A stretch of 56,177 nt of DNA, taken from contig JAQTXT010000001.1 in assembly GCA_028688645.1 (NCBI GenBank), positions 1 through 56,177 on the forward strand. The letters run 5' to 3'. Below the pieces are notes generated by a model, which searched no databases, was not told the origin of the DNA, and saw only the letters and a list, made by a program, of their open reading frames with translations. Position numbers and translations under genes: made by a program. This document shows, piece after piece, positions 8,931-19,263 of the stretch. Position 1 is the stretch's first letter, and every line of letters starts with the position of its first letter. Source of the stretch: Rickettsiales bacterium. GTDB taxonomy: Bacteria; Pseudomonadota; Alphaproteobacteria; Rickettsiales; UBA1997.

Positions 8931-9503
8931 TTATAATTTGTTTAAAATTTCTTCAATTTCATCGTAAAATTCTTTCAAAGAATAATCGTTATATAGAACA
9001 TATTTAGATTTTGAAATTTTTTCTTCAATATTTCCTTGATTTTCGATAATTTTATCAAATATCTTAATATCCCCTCCTCTCTCTAAAAATCTTTGTAATT
9101 GAATTTGTTTATCAACAATTACAAGAATTACATCAGAACACTTTTTATCCCATTTTACCTCAAACAACAAAGGTATATCTAAGAATATTACTTTTTCATT
9201 AATATTTTCTTTAATAAATTCTTCACATTTTCTCTCAAGAATAGGATGAATTAAATTTTCTAGTTTGCTTTTTTCATTCTTATCAGAAAAAATAAGGTTT
9301 CTTAAATAATTTTTATCAAAAACTTCCCCCTTAAAAGAATTAGGGAATATCTGCTTTATTTTATTTAAAAAATCAATATTCATATATAATTTTTTACTTT
9401 CACAATCAGCATCAAACACTTTAAAACCTTTTGATTTTAAGTAGTCAGCTAATACAGATTTACCCGAGGCAATAAGTCCAGTAATACCAATAACTTTAGT
9501 CAT
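8931..9503 (-). CDS. coaE: Dephospho-CoA kinase
   Basis: 190 aa. The N-terminal P-loop is IGITGLIASGKS. Length and layout are typical of CoaE. Its start overlaps the tilS stop by 1 nt. Confidence 0.9.
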   Translation of the reverse strand: MTKVIGITGLIASGKSVLADYLKSKGFKVFDADCESKKLYMNIDFLNKIKQIFPNSFKGEVFDKNYLRNLIFSDKNEKSKLENLIHPILERKCEEFIKENINEKVIFLDIPLLFEVKWDKKCSDVILVIVDKQIQLQRFLERGGDIKIFDKIIENQGNIEEKISKSKYVLYNDYSLKEFYDEIEEILNKL

Positions 9504-10621
9504 TAGACCTCCTGTAAATCAAATATTGGAATAGTATATAAAATTTCCCTTTTATATCCTCTAAAATTTTTAATTTCATTATACTTTTTTAGATTTTTTT
9601 TCTTTAAAGTTTGCAAAAAATTATTTAACTCGCCCTTAGACAAATACAAACTTTTGTCTTTTATCGAATTATATTCCTTATAACAAACGAATTCATTATC
9701 ATTAATTTTTTCAAATACACAATTATAAAATGTATATTTTTTTAGATTTTTTAATTCATTTAATAATCTTTCCAACTTTGTAAGTCTAGGATTATAAATA
9801 TTTTGGCTAACATCTTTTGCTATTTTTGATAAAATTCTTAATTGAATATCTTTTTCAAAATTTACAAATTTTTTATAATTTATCACATAATAATGATAAT
9901 TTTTATCATAAAAATATACTTCATTTTCTAAACTATCTATTCTATTTTTAATAATATTTTCCGCAGTTTGAAATGTATCAACCGCCATATTTATTCTTCT
10001 TATAATATTGTCTTCTTCTTCAAATGAATTTAAAAAATTTCTTATTTTATTTCTTAAAAATTTTTCATCAGCATTACTTTCATCCTCAATCCACTTAACA
10101 TTATTTTCTACTAAATATTCTTTTAAATTTTCTTTTTTGATATCCAAAAAAGGTCTAATTATAGTAAAATTTCTAAAATAAGAAACTTTTTGCATAGATG
10201 AAAGTCCTAAAATACCACTTCCTCTAAATAATCTAATCAAAAAATTTTCCGCTTGATCTTGCAAATGATGACCCAATAAAATAGTATTTATATTATTATT
10301 TTTACAAAAATTAAAAATTAGTTTATATCTAGCTTCTCTAGCAATACTTTCTATATTAGTCTTTGGTTTTTCGTCCTCCCAAGCTAGAATATGATGTTCT
10401 ATACCATATTTTTTTAGTAAAGAATTTATATAAACAGCCTCATCATTAGAATTTTCCCTTAAGCCATGATCAACAGTTAATGCAACAACTTCAATATTAT
10501 GTTTTTTAGCCCAATTACTTACTAGTAATGTTAAAGATAAAGAATCTATACCACCAGAAACCGCAACAGCAATTTTCTTGCTTTGTTTTAATTCAGCAAT
10601 ACTATCAAAGACTTTTTCCAT
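9503..10621 (-). CDS. tilS: tRNA(Ile)-lysidine synthase
   Basis: The PP-loop is VAVSGGIDSLSL, with TilS-like downstream motifs (LGHHLQDQAENFL). The start was chosen at MEKVFDS (10621). The ORF track extends to 10657. Confidence 0.88.
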   Translation of the reverse strand: MEKVFDSIAELKQSKKIAVAVSGGIDSLSLTLLVSNWAKKHNIEVVALTVDHGLRENSNDEAVYINSLLKKYGIEHHILAWEDEKPKTNIESIAREARYKLIFNFCKNNNINTILLGHHLQDQAENFLIRLFRGSGILGLSSMQKVSYFRNFTIIRPFLDIKKENLKEYLVENNVKWIEDESNADEKFLRNKIRNFLNSFEEEDNIIRRINMAVDTFQTAENIIKNRIDSLENEVYFYDKNYHYYVINYKKFVNFEKDIQLRILSKIAKDVSQNIYNPRLTKLERLLNELKNLKKYTFYNCVFEKINDNEFVCYKEYNSIKDKSLYLSKGELNNFLQTLKKKNLKKYNEIKNFRGYKREILYTIPIFDLQEV

Positions 10622-10625
10622 AATA

Positions 10626-10814
10626 TTATTGTTGTTTAACAGTTCCAAATAAATCATGAATTTTTGCCATGATTACTGATAATAACTCTGGATTTTTAAC
10701 AAGCATGTATATAACAAGCCCAATTATTATCATAAAAGTAAAACTTATAATTTTATGAGCAACAATACCAATTAAAAAAACAGTAAAAAATCTCGCAATA
10801 TATGATAATACCAT
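10626..10814 (-). CDS. Small two-TM membrane protein (hypothetical)
   Basis: 62 aa with two hydrophobic helices. It ends 4 nt upstream of the preferred tilS start. There is no recognisable family. Confidence 0.4.
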   Translation of the reverse strand: MVLSYIARFFTVFLIGIVAHKIISFTFMIIIGLVIYMLVKNPELLSVIMAKIHDLFGTVKQQ

Positions 10815-10880
10815 ATTTTATATGTTTATTTCCTTAAATTAATAATATAAAATATTGATGAAAAAGCAAGGAGATAATTT

Positions 10881-13800
10881 TTAGAAATTAAATAATTTCT
10901 TATATTTCAATAAAAATATAGCTTCATTATCCAGATAATCCTTATAGACAACACCTAGATTGAATGAACTATCTTTAGTTACATTTTTATTATAAGCTAA
11001 TTGCAAATCAATTTCATTTTTATCTTTCAAATTAACTTTATTATTTTGATAATAAATATTTCCATCCATATCTCTAGCAACTGGCAAATTAATTTGCATA
11101 TTTCCAGATTTTATTTGAACTGGTTGGAAAATTAACAACGATATATTTTTCGACTTATTTTTTTCATTATTAATATTGTAGTTCATACCAATAGCAAAAG
11201 AATTGCTATAAAGAGTTGAAAAATCTTTAATTAACAAATTACTCTCTGTATTTGCTTCAGTCCAACCAAAATTAGCTTTTCCAAAAACTGAAAATTTATC
11301 ATTGAACTTTATATCGTTTTGCAAACTTGCCATATATGTTAAATTATTTTCTCCAATACCAAATGCACCATTCATCTGTGAACCAAGTATTGTATTATAT
11401 TCATTTAATAAGCCAAATTCAATTTTTGTAGAAACATTTTTATTCAAATTATATGTTAAACCACTCAAAGCTGAGAACGAAGAACCCAAATCATCATCTT
11501 TCGTTTCATCATAGTATTTTTCTTGATAACTCATTGCATAATCTTGATATAAAACACCAAAATTCACATTTAAATTATCATTTAATTTAATAATATTATT
11601 TAAACCAAAATTATAATCAGAATTTGCTTTAAAATAAGGATTTAAGATATTATAATTATATGATTTTGATAATGAATAATTATTATAAAAATCAACTTTA
11701 TTACCTATAAAAGCATTGTACGGATTATTTCCAAAATAAAAATTAAACCCATAATTATTATCAGTCATACTATCAATACTATTTGAAAATTCCAATTCTT
11801 GATAATTGTGATTATCAATTACAGTATTTGAAGAATAAAAATTAAAGCTTTTACTTTTATTTAGAGCAATAGTTTTTATATTATTTGAACCAAAATTATT
11901 CAAAACATCTATTGTACTTAATTTACTTTTTTCAACAGTTAAATAATCATTTAAATTTAATGTAAATGTTCTATTAAAATCATCTAAAATAACAAATGAT
12001 AAATTTGCATTTTGAAGACTATTTGCAAAAGTTGACGACAACTTTACCGAACTACCTAACAAACTAATACTTAAAGAAGCAATTCTTGTATCAATAGGGA
12101 CTAGCGTTGCGCCGACTGGTCTTGTCGCTCTTTCTAAATCTAACATCCCCCAGCCATAAACCTCATCAACACCAGTAATACCTAAATCCCTTGCAGTAAC
12201 AAATAATAATCTTGTAATTTCGGCACCAGTTAAATACGGAAAAGCGCCTTTTAAAACAGCTACAGCACCAGTCACTGTTGGGGCAGCAAACGAAGTTCCA
12301 CTACCAAGTGCATATCCATCTGCAGTGCTTGTAGAAACCAAATCAGTTCCTGGAGCTGTCAAACAGTATTGAGCTGTTACACCACAAGCATTACTATAAG
12401 ATGCAATAGTTCCAGCAGATGTATCATAAGCTACAACATTTATGAAATTTTTATAATATCCAGTCGTACTATCATAAAATTCACTAAAATAAAGCGGAAC
12501 TGCTGTCATTATTGACGATTGAGAATAACTGTCATTACCAGCGGAAAAGACAAAAATTACATCATTAGTAGAAACAGCATCTATTATTTGAGTTATAAAA
12601 TTGCTACTATATGTGATAAAACTACTATACGACCCTAATGATGAAATATTTCCATAATATGTTCCATAATCATAATCACCAAAAACATAATTCAAATAAT
12701 TTTGTCCGTCATATCCACCTGTAGCAATACTTTTTGCACTTAAAGAACTATCAGCAGTAAGTCCATAACTATTATTAATCACAGTTACATCGTTATTACT
12801 AGCTGTTTCAAAAGCTTGTCCAATATAATAATAAGGAACAAAATTTCCTGCATCAGATGTTAATCTATATGGTATCAACTCAGAATCTGAAGCTATTCCC
12901 ATTATACCTTCAGAATTATATTCAGCACCAATTAATCCAGCTAGAAATGTTCCATGAGAAGAATCACTGTCTAATGTTGAAGGAGTAGGATCATTCACAT
13001 TAGTATTAACAATAGGACAATTAGTTAGATCAGAAGGGTTATGACTACAATAAATAGCAGCAATATTTGAATTTGCTAGTAATGTTGAAATATTTGCTAT
13101 TAAATCAGGATGATCTAATTGAACTCCTGAATCCATAATTGCCACTCTAATCTTATAATCAGGACTTAAACTTGTTGTTCCGCTAGCACTACTTAAATAA
13201 TATGGCGTAGCAGCAGAATACGGATTTTTAATTTTTCCTGTATAACCCCTAGCATAAGCATAAGCTAATCTTATAAGATTATAATCATCATAATTATTAT
13301 ATATTATTCCTAATGACAACCAATCTCGATCATATTGATTACTAGATAAAATACTGTTTAAAGCAGAAGAACTCACATCTCCAACATTATCATATTCAGT
13401 ATCAACATCATCAGAAGTATCATTACCACCGCCACCGCCACCACCAGAAAACAAGGCTACCGCACCACCCGCAACAACAATACCAGCTGTTATATTCTTC
13501 CAATTTAAAAAACCGCTTTGCTCTGGAGTCTTAGAAACATTTACTTTTTTAGCTTTTGTTTTTTTGGCTACTTTATTATAACATTGTTTTTCATCATATC
13601 TCTCAAACAACCTTCTAATTACATAATCATCACTAGATTTTGCTGAACAATAGATTTTTTTACCACTGCTATCTTTTATCTCTGAATTAGCACCATTTCT
13701 AATTAATAATTTTGTTATCTCAACATTATTATTAAGAATAGAATAAGTCAGTGCGGTATTACCATTAACATCTTTTAAATTCGCATCATATCCTTTAGCT

Positions 13801-13937
13801 AAATATAATTTAGTTTTTAAAATACTATTATTCTTTGCTGCATTAATTAAACTAAATTTATCATATTCTTGAGCTGAATATGATAAATTGGTTTGTATTA
13901 GAACAAATATTATTGAATAAATTAGTATTTTTTTCAT
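10881..13937 (-). CDS. Autotransporter with ankyrin repeats and a subtilisin-like (S8) serine protease passenger
   Basis: - Signal peptide: MKKILIYSIIFVLIQTNLSYSA.
- ANK repeats: ..DVNGNTALTYSILNNNVEITKLLIRNGAN..
- A hydrophobic segment plus a poly-Gly linker.
- S8 catalytic triad motifs: AIMDSGV (Asp), SHGTFLAG (His), GTSFAAPTVTGAVA (Ser).
- A C-terminal beta-barrel-like region of about 280 aa ending in ..LFNF. Confidence 0.85.
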   Translation of the reverse strand: MKKILIYSIIFVLIQTNLSYSAQEYDKFSLINAAKNNSILKTKLYLAKGYDANLKDVNGNTALTYSILNNNVEITKLLIRNGANSEIKDSSGKKIYCSAKSSDDYVIRRLFERYDEKQCYNKVAKKTKAKKVNVSKTPEQSGFLNWKNITAGIVVAGGAVALFSGGGGGGGNDTSDDVDTEYDNVGDVSSSALNSILSSNQYDRDWLSLGIIYNNYDDYNLIRLAYAYARGYTGKIKNPYSAATPYYLSSASGTTSLSPDYKIRVAIMDSGVQLDHPDLIANISTLLANSNIAAIYCSHNPSDLTNCPIVNTNVNDPTPSTLDSDSSHGTFLAGLIGAEYNSEGIMGIASDSELIPYRLTSDAGNFVPYYYIGQAFETASNNDVTVINNSYGLTADSSLSAKSIATGGYDGQNYLNYVFGDYDYGTYYGNISSLGSYSSFITYSSNFITQIIDAVSTNDVIFVFSAGNDSYSQSSIMTAVPLYFSEFYDSTTGYYKNFINVVAYDTSAGTIASYSNACGVTAQYCLTAPGTDLVSTSTADGYALGSGTSFAAPTVTGAVAVLKGAFPYLTGAEITRLLFVTARDLGITGVDEVYGWGMLDLERATRPVGATLVPIDTRIASLSISLLGSSVKLSSTFANSLQNANLSFVILDDFNRTFTLNLNDYLTVEKSKLSTIDVLNNFGSNNIKTIALNKSKSFNFYSSNTVIDNHNYQELEFSNSIDSMTDNNYGFNFYFGNNPYNAFIGNKVDFYNNYSLSKSYNYNILNPYFKANSDYNFGLNNIIKLNDNLNVNFGVLYQDYAMSYQEKYYDETKDDDLGSSFSALSGLTYNLNKNVSTKIEFGLLNEYNTILGSQMNGAFGIGENNLTYMASLQNDIKFNDKFSVFGKANFGWTEANTESNLLIKDFSTLYSNSFAIGMNYNINNEKNKSKNISLLIFQPVQIKSGNMQINLPVARDMDGNIYYQNNKVNLKDKNEIDLQLAYNKNVTKDSSFNLGVVYKDYLDNEAIFLLKYKKLFNF

Positions 13938-13945
13938 ATTTCCAA

Positions 13946-15747
13946 TTACAAATTATCTTTCGCTTTTTCTCTTAGTTTGATATGTAACTCTCTTAATTGT
14001 ATTTCATCAACATTATTTGGAGCATTCATCATTAAGTCTTCACCTTTACCATTAGTTGGGAAAGCTGTAACTTCTCTCAAATTTTCTTCATCAAGCAAAA
14101 GCATTACAACTCTATCAATGCCAGGAGCACAACCAGCATGAGGAGGAGCACCAAATTTAAATGCATTAATCATACCACCAAATTTATCTTCAACAGCTTC
14201 TTTTGAATAACCAACTTTCTTAAATACTTCATACATTAGTTCAACTTTGTTATTTCTAACACCACCACTTGCCAATTCAAAACCATTACATACTATATCA
14301 TATTGATAAGCAGAAATATCTAGAGGATTTGGAGTATTTAAAATAGCTTCCAAACCACCTTGTGGCATTGAGAATGGATTGTGCATAAATCTAAAGCACC
14401 TGTTTCCTCATTCATTTCAAAGAACGGAAAATCAATAATCCAACAGAATGCATAAGCTTCTTTATCAATCAATCCCAATTCGTTTCCAAGCTTAGTTCTA
14501 ACTTTTCCAGCCAATTTTGATGCTTCTAAAAGCAAGCCACAAGAGAAGAAAATTGAATCTCCATCTTCTAATTTAGCAATTTTCTTTAATTCAATTAATC
14601 TCTCGGCACTTAAAAACTTTGCAACAGGTCCTTTAGCTTCGCCCTCTTTAGTCCAAGTAATATAGCCCAAACCTTTAGCACCCTCTTCAATCGCATAAGC
14701 AACCATTTTATCAAAGAAACTTCTAGGCTTTTCACTTGTATTTTTAGCAGGAATACCCCTAACAACAACTTTACTATTGCTTTCAATAGCTTTTGCAAAA
14801 ATTCCAAAATCAGAACCTCTGAACACACTTGTTGTATCAACAATTTCAATATGATTTCTTAAGTCAGGTTTATCACAACCATATTTTAACATCGAATCCC
14901 AATATTTGATTCTAGGAAATGGTGCGTTTGTAATTTTTCTTTCAGGTTTAAAATTTTTAAATGTATTATACATAACTGGTTCCATAACAGCCCAAACATC
15001 CTCTTGCTCCACAAAAGACATTTCCATATCTAATTGATAAAAATAAAGCAATCTATCAGCTCTTGTTCCCTCATCTCTAAAACAAGGTGCAATTTGGAAA
15101 TACTTATCAAAGCCACTAATCATCAATAACTGTTTAAATTGTTGAGGAGCTTGAGGCAAAGCATAAAACTTTCCAGGGAAATTTCTACTAGGAACTAAAA
15201 AATCTCTAGCACCCTCTGGAGAAGATGAAGTTAAAATTGGAGTCTGAAATTCCAAAAAGTCCTGTTTAATCATCTCATTTCGCATGAATTCAATTACTTT
15301 AGATCTCATTTGAACATTTCTATGCATTCTTTTAGTTCTCAAATCAAGAAATCTATATTTCAACCTTAAATCTTCTGGATAATTTTGAGTCTCATCAGCT
15401 ATTTGAAATGGTATTTGTTCTGCCCTACTTTCAATTTCTAATTTGTCCAATTCAACCTCAATTTCACCTGTTGGCAAATTAGGATTTTTTGTTTCATTAC
15501 TTCTTGCAACAACTTTTCCCTCAACTAAAATTACACTTTCAAGTGTTATTTTTGAGGCTAAATCTACAAGATTTTTATCTTTCTCTATATCAATTATACA
15601 CTGAGTAATTCCATAATTATCTCTTAAATCTATAAATAATAAGCTTCCATGGTCCCTAATTGAATGTACCCAACCACTAAGCTTAACTTGGCTTCCAACA
15701 TTAGAAGCTCTTAATTCGCAACACGTATGTGTTCTATATTTTGTCAT
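13946..15747 (-). pseudogene. aspS: Aspartate--tRNA ligase interrupted by a single-base frameshift (two ORFs: 14338-15747 and 13946-14386)
   Basis: The N-terminal ORF has the OB-fold and class II motifs (FRDEG.RADR). The C-terminal ORF starts at [11 protein letters not shown] and carries ..GGVRNN.. and [14 protein letters not shown]. The frames join at gatttatgcac (rc of about 14381-14391), where one extra T would restore ..GALDFMHNPF.. Confidence 0.85.
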
Positions 15748-15819
15748 TTTTTCTCATTATTTATGCTAAATGCCTTTCCATTATTATTTTTTTTTATTAA
15801 AAATCAAGAAAATTTTGTT

Positions 15820-17226
15820 TTAAAAAAATCTTGGAATTTTAATTCTTTTTTCCATGGATTCAATAAAATATTTCGAATTCCAGCCGTCTCCATGAACACT
15901 TTTAGACTGTCTTTGTAAGGGAAATTTTTCTCTTAATAATATGCTTAATTGCAATTCAAAATCATTAGCTATTTTTTTAGATCTTAAATCGCAAATATAT
16001 TTATATAAATTGCAAATTTCCTCAAAAGATTTCTGCGATAATTCTTCCACTGCTAGCATTGCAAAAAAAGTACAAGAATCTCCATGTTGCATTTGACTTG
16101 AATTTAGTAAATAAATATCTCTCGCTAGTTCTAGATTTACATCTGTAAATAGTCCATCTTTCATCTTTGAACGAGAAAAAGAACTATCAAATAAAAATGC
16201 TTTTGCTTTTGGATATAATGCTGGATTTGGAATTACCAAACACATAGAATGATTGGAATCCTTATTTCCTATAATACCAACTTTAAATTCAGCTGTATCA
16301 CCCGCCGTAAAATATTTATCTTGAAATTCTTTCAAAGTTCTTGGTTGCGTCGCTTTTGCTGCGAAATTAATAAACATCCTATTGGGATCACAATGCGTTG
16401 CTAGGTAAGCATTAGCCATATCTTGACCCAAATTTTCAACTAATGGATTAAAATTTTCCATAAACTTTTCAAAAATGTCATCTATTACTTGTCTACCACG
16501 TTCTCTATCAGTAAGAATTTGATACCCACTTTCTGTTGATATTAATTTAAATTCTTCTCCAGTTTTTGGACTTACAAATCTATAGTTTTTATGTCGTTGT
16601 ATTAAAATTGGTGTAACTCCATCTTGAAAATATAAAATATATTTTTGTCTCATAGTTCCAATATCATCATCAATATATTTTAATAAACCATCAGGTCTAT
16701 ATTGTATTTCTTTTATTTTTTGACCATTTTCATTAAAATATCTCTCAAGAATTAATTTTGAGTCTAAATATATTTTTTGTGAAACTATTTTTTGCGATTT
16801 TAATATATTAATCTGTTTTTTTAGCTCTCCATTTTCCGCAATAAAACGCACCTCTACATAACTTCCAGCAGAAGTATAATAACGAAAAAAGTCTAATTTA
16901 TCATCTCTGATTGATATAAAGCCTTTTCCATTGTGTTCATATATTATATTACATTTATTACGGAAAATATTAATTTTTCCATCATCAATAATAATTTTAT
17001 TTTTTGTAAAAACAATTTTATGTTTATTTCCTGTGTCGTCCACTAATTCATAAGTTTTTTGTCCAAAAACATTTGTATATTCAATAATACTATATGTTTT
17101 ATATTGAATATCGTCTTTTTCCTTATCAATAAATGGAATTTTTAAACCAGAAAAAACTCTCCTATTCCATAGCCAGTAATAAGAACCTTCATCATGTGGA
17201 ATTATATTTTTTAATATTAAGTCCAT
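15820..17226 (-). CDS. Hypothetical protein with N-terminal MORN/YwqK-like repeats and a C-terminal CE-clan (Ulp1-like) cysteine protease candidate
   Basis: 468 aa. The ordered motifs are NHSMCLVI (His), FLFDSS (Asp) and SSQMQHGDSCTFFAM (Gln..Cys). Their spacing is close to the Ulp1/SENP-type His-Asp-Gln-Cys arrangement. The N-terminus has repeats such as ..ERYFNENGQKIKEIQYRPDG.. Confidence 0.55.
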   Translation of the reverse strand: MDLILKNIIPHDEGSYYWLWNRRVFSGLKIPFIDKEKDDIQYKTYSIIEYTNVFGQKTYELVDDTGNKHKIVFTKNKIIIDDGKINIFRNKCNIIYEHNGKGFISIRDDKLDFFRYYTSAGSYVEVRFIAENGELKKQINILKSQKIVSQKIYLDSKLILERYFNENGQKIKEIQYRPDGLLKYIDDDIGTMRQKYILYFQDGVTPILIQRHKNYRFVSPKTGEEFKLISTESGYQILTDRERGRQVIDDIFEKFMENFNPLVENLGQDMANAYLATHCDPNRMFINFAAKATQPRTLKEFQDKYFTAGDTAEFKVGIIGNKDSNHSMCLVIPNPALYPKAKAFLFDSSFSRSKMKDGLFTDVNLELARDIYLLNSSQMQHGDSCTFFAMLAVEELSQKSFEEICNLYKYICDLRSKKIANDFELQLSILLREKFPLQRQSKSVHGDGWNSKYFIESMEKRIKIPRFF

Positions 17227-17364
17227 ACATTTTATTTTAAAAGATTAATTATAGTATCAATCATTTTATGGGTTTAGTCAAGTTATAGATTAATCAATCT
17301 ATTTGTATATTGTAAAATTAAATAAAACTATTAGAATCATTACTTGTTTTATAAGATATAAATA

Positions 17365-19227
17365 ATGAAATACGATGTAATAGTTATAGGCGGTGGAAAT
17401 GCAGGTTTAGAAGCTAGTTGTGCTAGTGCTAGACTGGGTAAAAAGACTGCACTTATAACTTTTGATAAAAAAAATATTGGTGAATTATCTTGTAATCCGT
17501 CTATTGGTGGTATTGCAAAGGGAACTATTGTTAGAGAAGTTGATGCTCTTGATGGTGTTATGGGAATTTTATCTGATAAAGCAGGTATTCAATTCAGAAT
17601 TTTAAATGCAAGTAAAGGACCAGCAGTCCATTCTCCAAGAACCCAAATAGATAGAAAATTATATAAAAAATATGCTTTGGAATTAATCCAAAATTATAAA
17701 AATTTAGATTTAATTGAAGGCGAAGTTGTTGATTTAATCATCACTCCCTCTCAAGGGGGGAGCGATAATACCATTAATGGTGTTATCTTAGCAGATGGAA
17801 CCGAAATTTTAGCTCCAAAAGTAATTCTAACTACTGGAACATTTTTAAATGGCGTAATTCATGTTGGTTTTAATAGTCATGAGGCGGGAAGAATTGATGA
17901 AAAACCATCAAAAAAATTAGCAGAAAAATTAAAAACAATTTTTGGTGATAGTGTTAAAAGATTAAAAACTGGAACACCTGCGAGAATTAAAAAATCAACA
18001 ATAGATTTTAGTGAATTGGAAGCACAAAATCCTGATGAAAATCCTAAACCATTTTCATATTTGAATGATAAAATCGAAAATGAGCAAGTAGTTTGTCCTA
18101 TAACTTACACGAATGCCGAAACTCATAAAATTATTTTAGATAACTTAAAAAGAAGTGCTTTATATGGTGGAAAAATCACAGGTAGAGGTCCTAGGTATTG
18201 TCCTTCAATAGAAGACAAACTTGTTAGATTTTCTGATAAAGAAAGACATCAAGTATTTCTTGAACCAGAAGGTTTAGATAGCGATATTGTTTATCCTAAT
18301 GGAATTTCGACATCTTTACCAGAAGATGTTCAAGAAGCATTTATTCATACAATGAAAGGGTTAGAAAATTGTAAAATTCTTAGATATGCCTATGCGATTG
18401 AATATGACTTTATAGATCCTAGAGAGCTTTATCCAACACTTGAAACTAAAAAAGTAAAAGGACTTTATTTTGCAGGTCAAATTAATGGAACAACTGGTTA
18501 TGAAGAGGCAGCAGGATTAGGTTTAGTTGCTGGTATTAATGCTGGACTTTCAAATGGTGAAGAATTTGTTTTGAATAGAACTACAAGTTATATTGGCGTT
18601 ATGATTGATGATTTAACAACACTAGGCACAAATGAGCCATATAGAATGTTTACATCGAGAGCGGAATATAGATTGCTTTTAAGAAGCGATAATGCAGATT
18701 TAAGACTCACAGAAAAAGGAAACGAAATTGGTTTAATTTCTAAAATTCGTCAAGAAAAATTCAACAAACGAAAGATAGAAATACAAAAAGGCGTGGAACT
18801 TTTAAAATCATTAATTGCTAGTCCAACTGAACTTAAAAAATTTGATATAGAAGTAAGACAAGATGGTGTAAAAAAAAGTGCCTATGAATTATTAGCTTTT
18901 CCTAATATCAATATTGAAAAATTAACTGAAATATGGAGTGAAGTTAATAATATTAATCCAAAAATTAAAGAGCAAATAAGCATTGAAGCACTTTATGAAC
19001 CATATATTGAAAGAGAGTTACGGGATATTGAAATATTTAAAAGAGAAGAAGATTTAAGAATTCCAAAAGATTTTGATTATGATAGTGTTGGTAGTTTTTC
19101 AAGAGAAGTAAAAGAAAAATTTAAAGCAAATAAACCATTTACAATTAGTGCTGCAAACAAAATACCAGGTATAACGCAAGCTAGTGTAATGGCTTTATTA
19201 ATTGCTATTAAAAATAATAAATCTTAA
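17365..19227 (+). CDS. mnmG: tRNA uridine 5-carboxymethylaminomethyl modification enzyme MnmG (GidA)
   Basis: 620 aa. The FAD motif is [14 protein letters not shown]. GidA signatures are present ([26 protein letters not shown]). Confidence 0.95.
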   Translation: MKYDVIVIGGGNAGLEASCASARLGKKTALITFDKKNIGELSCNPSIGGIAKGTIVREVDALDGVMGILSDKAGIQFRILNASKGPAVHSPRTQIDRKLYKKYALELIQNYKNLDLIEGEVVDLIITPSQGGSDNTINGVILADGTEILAPKVILTTGTFLNGVIHVGFNSHEAGRIDEKPSKKLAEKLKTIFGDSVKRLKTGTPARIKKSTIDFSELEAQNPDENPKPFSYLNDKIENEQVVCPITYTNAETHKIILDNLKRSALYGGKITGRGPRYCPSIEDKLVRFSDKERHQVFLEPEGLDSDIVYPNGISTSLPEDVQEAFIHTMKGLENCKILRYAYAIEYDFIDPRELYPTLETKKVKGLYFAGQINGTTGYEEAAGLGLVAGINAGLSNGEEFVLNRTTSYIGVMIDDLTTLGTNEPYRMFTSRAEYRLLLRSDNADLRLTEKGNEIGLISKIRQEKFNKRKIEIQKGVELLKSLIASPTELKKFDIEVRQDGVKKSAYELLAFPNINIEKLTEIWSEVNNINPKIKEQISIEALYEPYIERELRDIEIFKREEDLRIPKDFDYDSVGSFSREVKEKFKANKPFTISAANKIPGITQASVMALLIAIKNNKS

Positions 19228-19263
19228 TATAAAAACATAGGTCTTTAAATAAGATTTGGTGTT

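Noticed and set aside
14381-14391. Programmed ribosomal frameshift or transcriptional slippage in aspS
   Set aside because: I recognised no X XXY YYZ slippery heptamer, no long homopolymer and no obvious downstream stimulatory structure. A one-base indel (a sequencing error or a real mutation) is the simpler explanation. It is reported as a finding to verify rather than as recoding.
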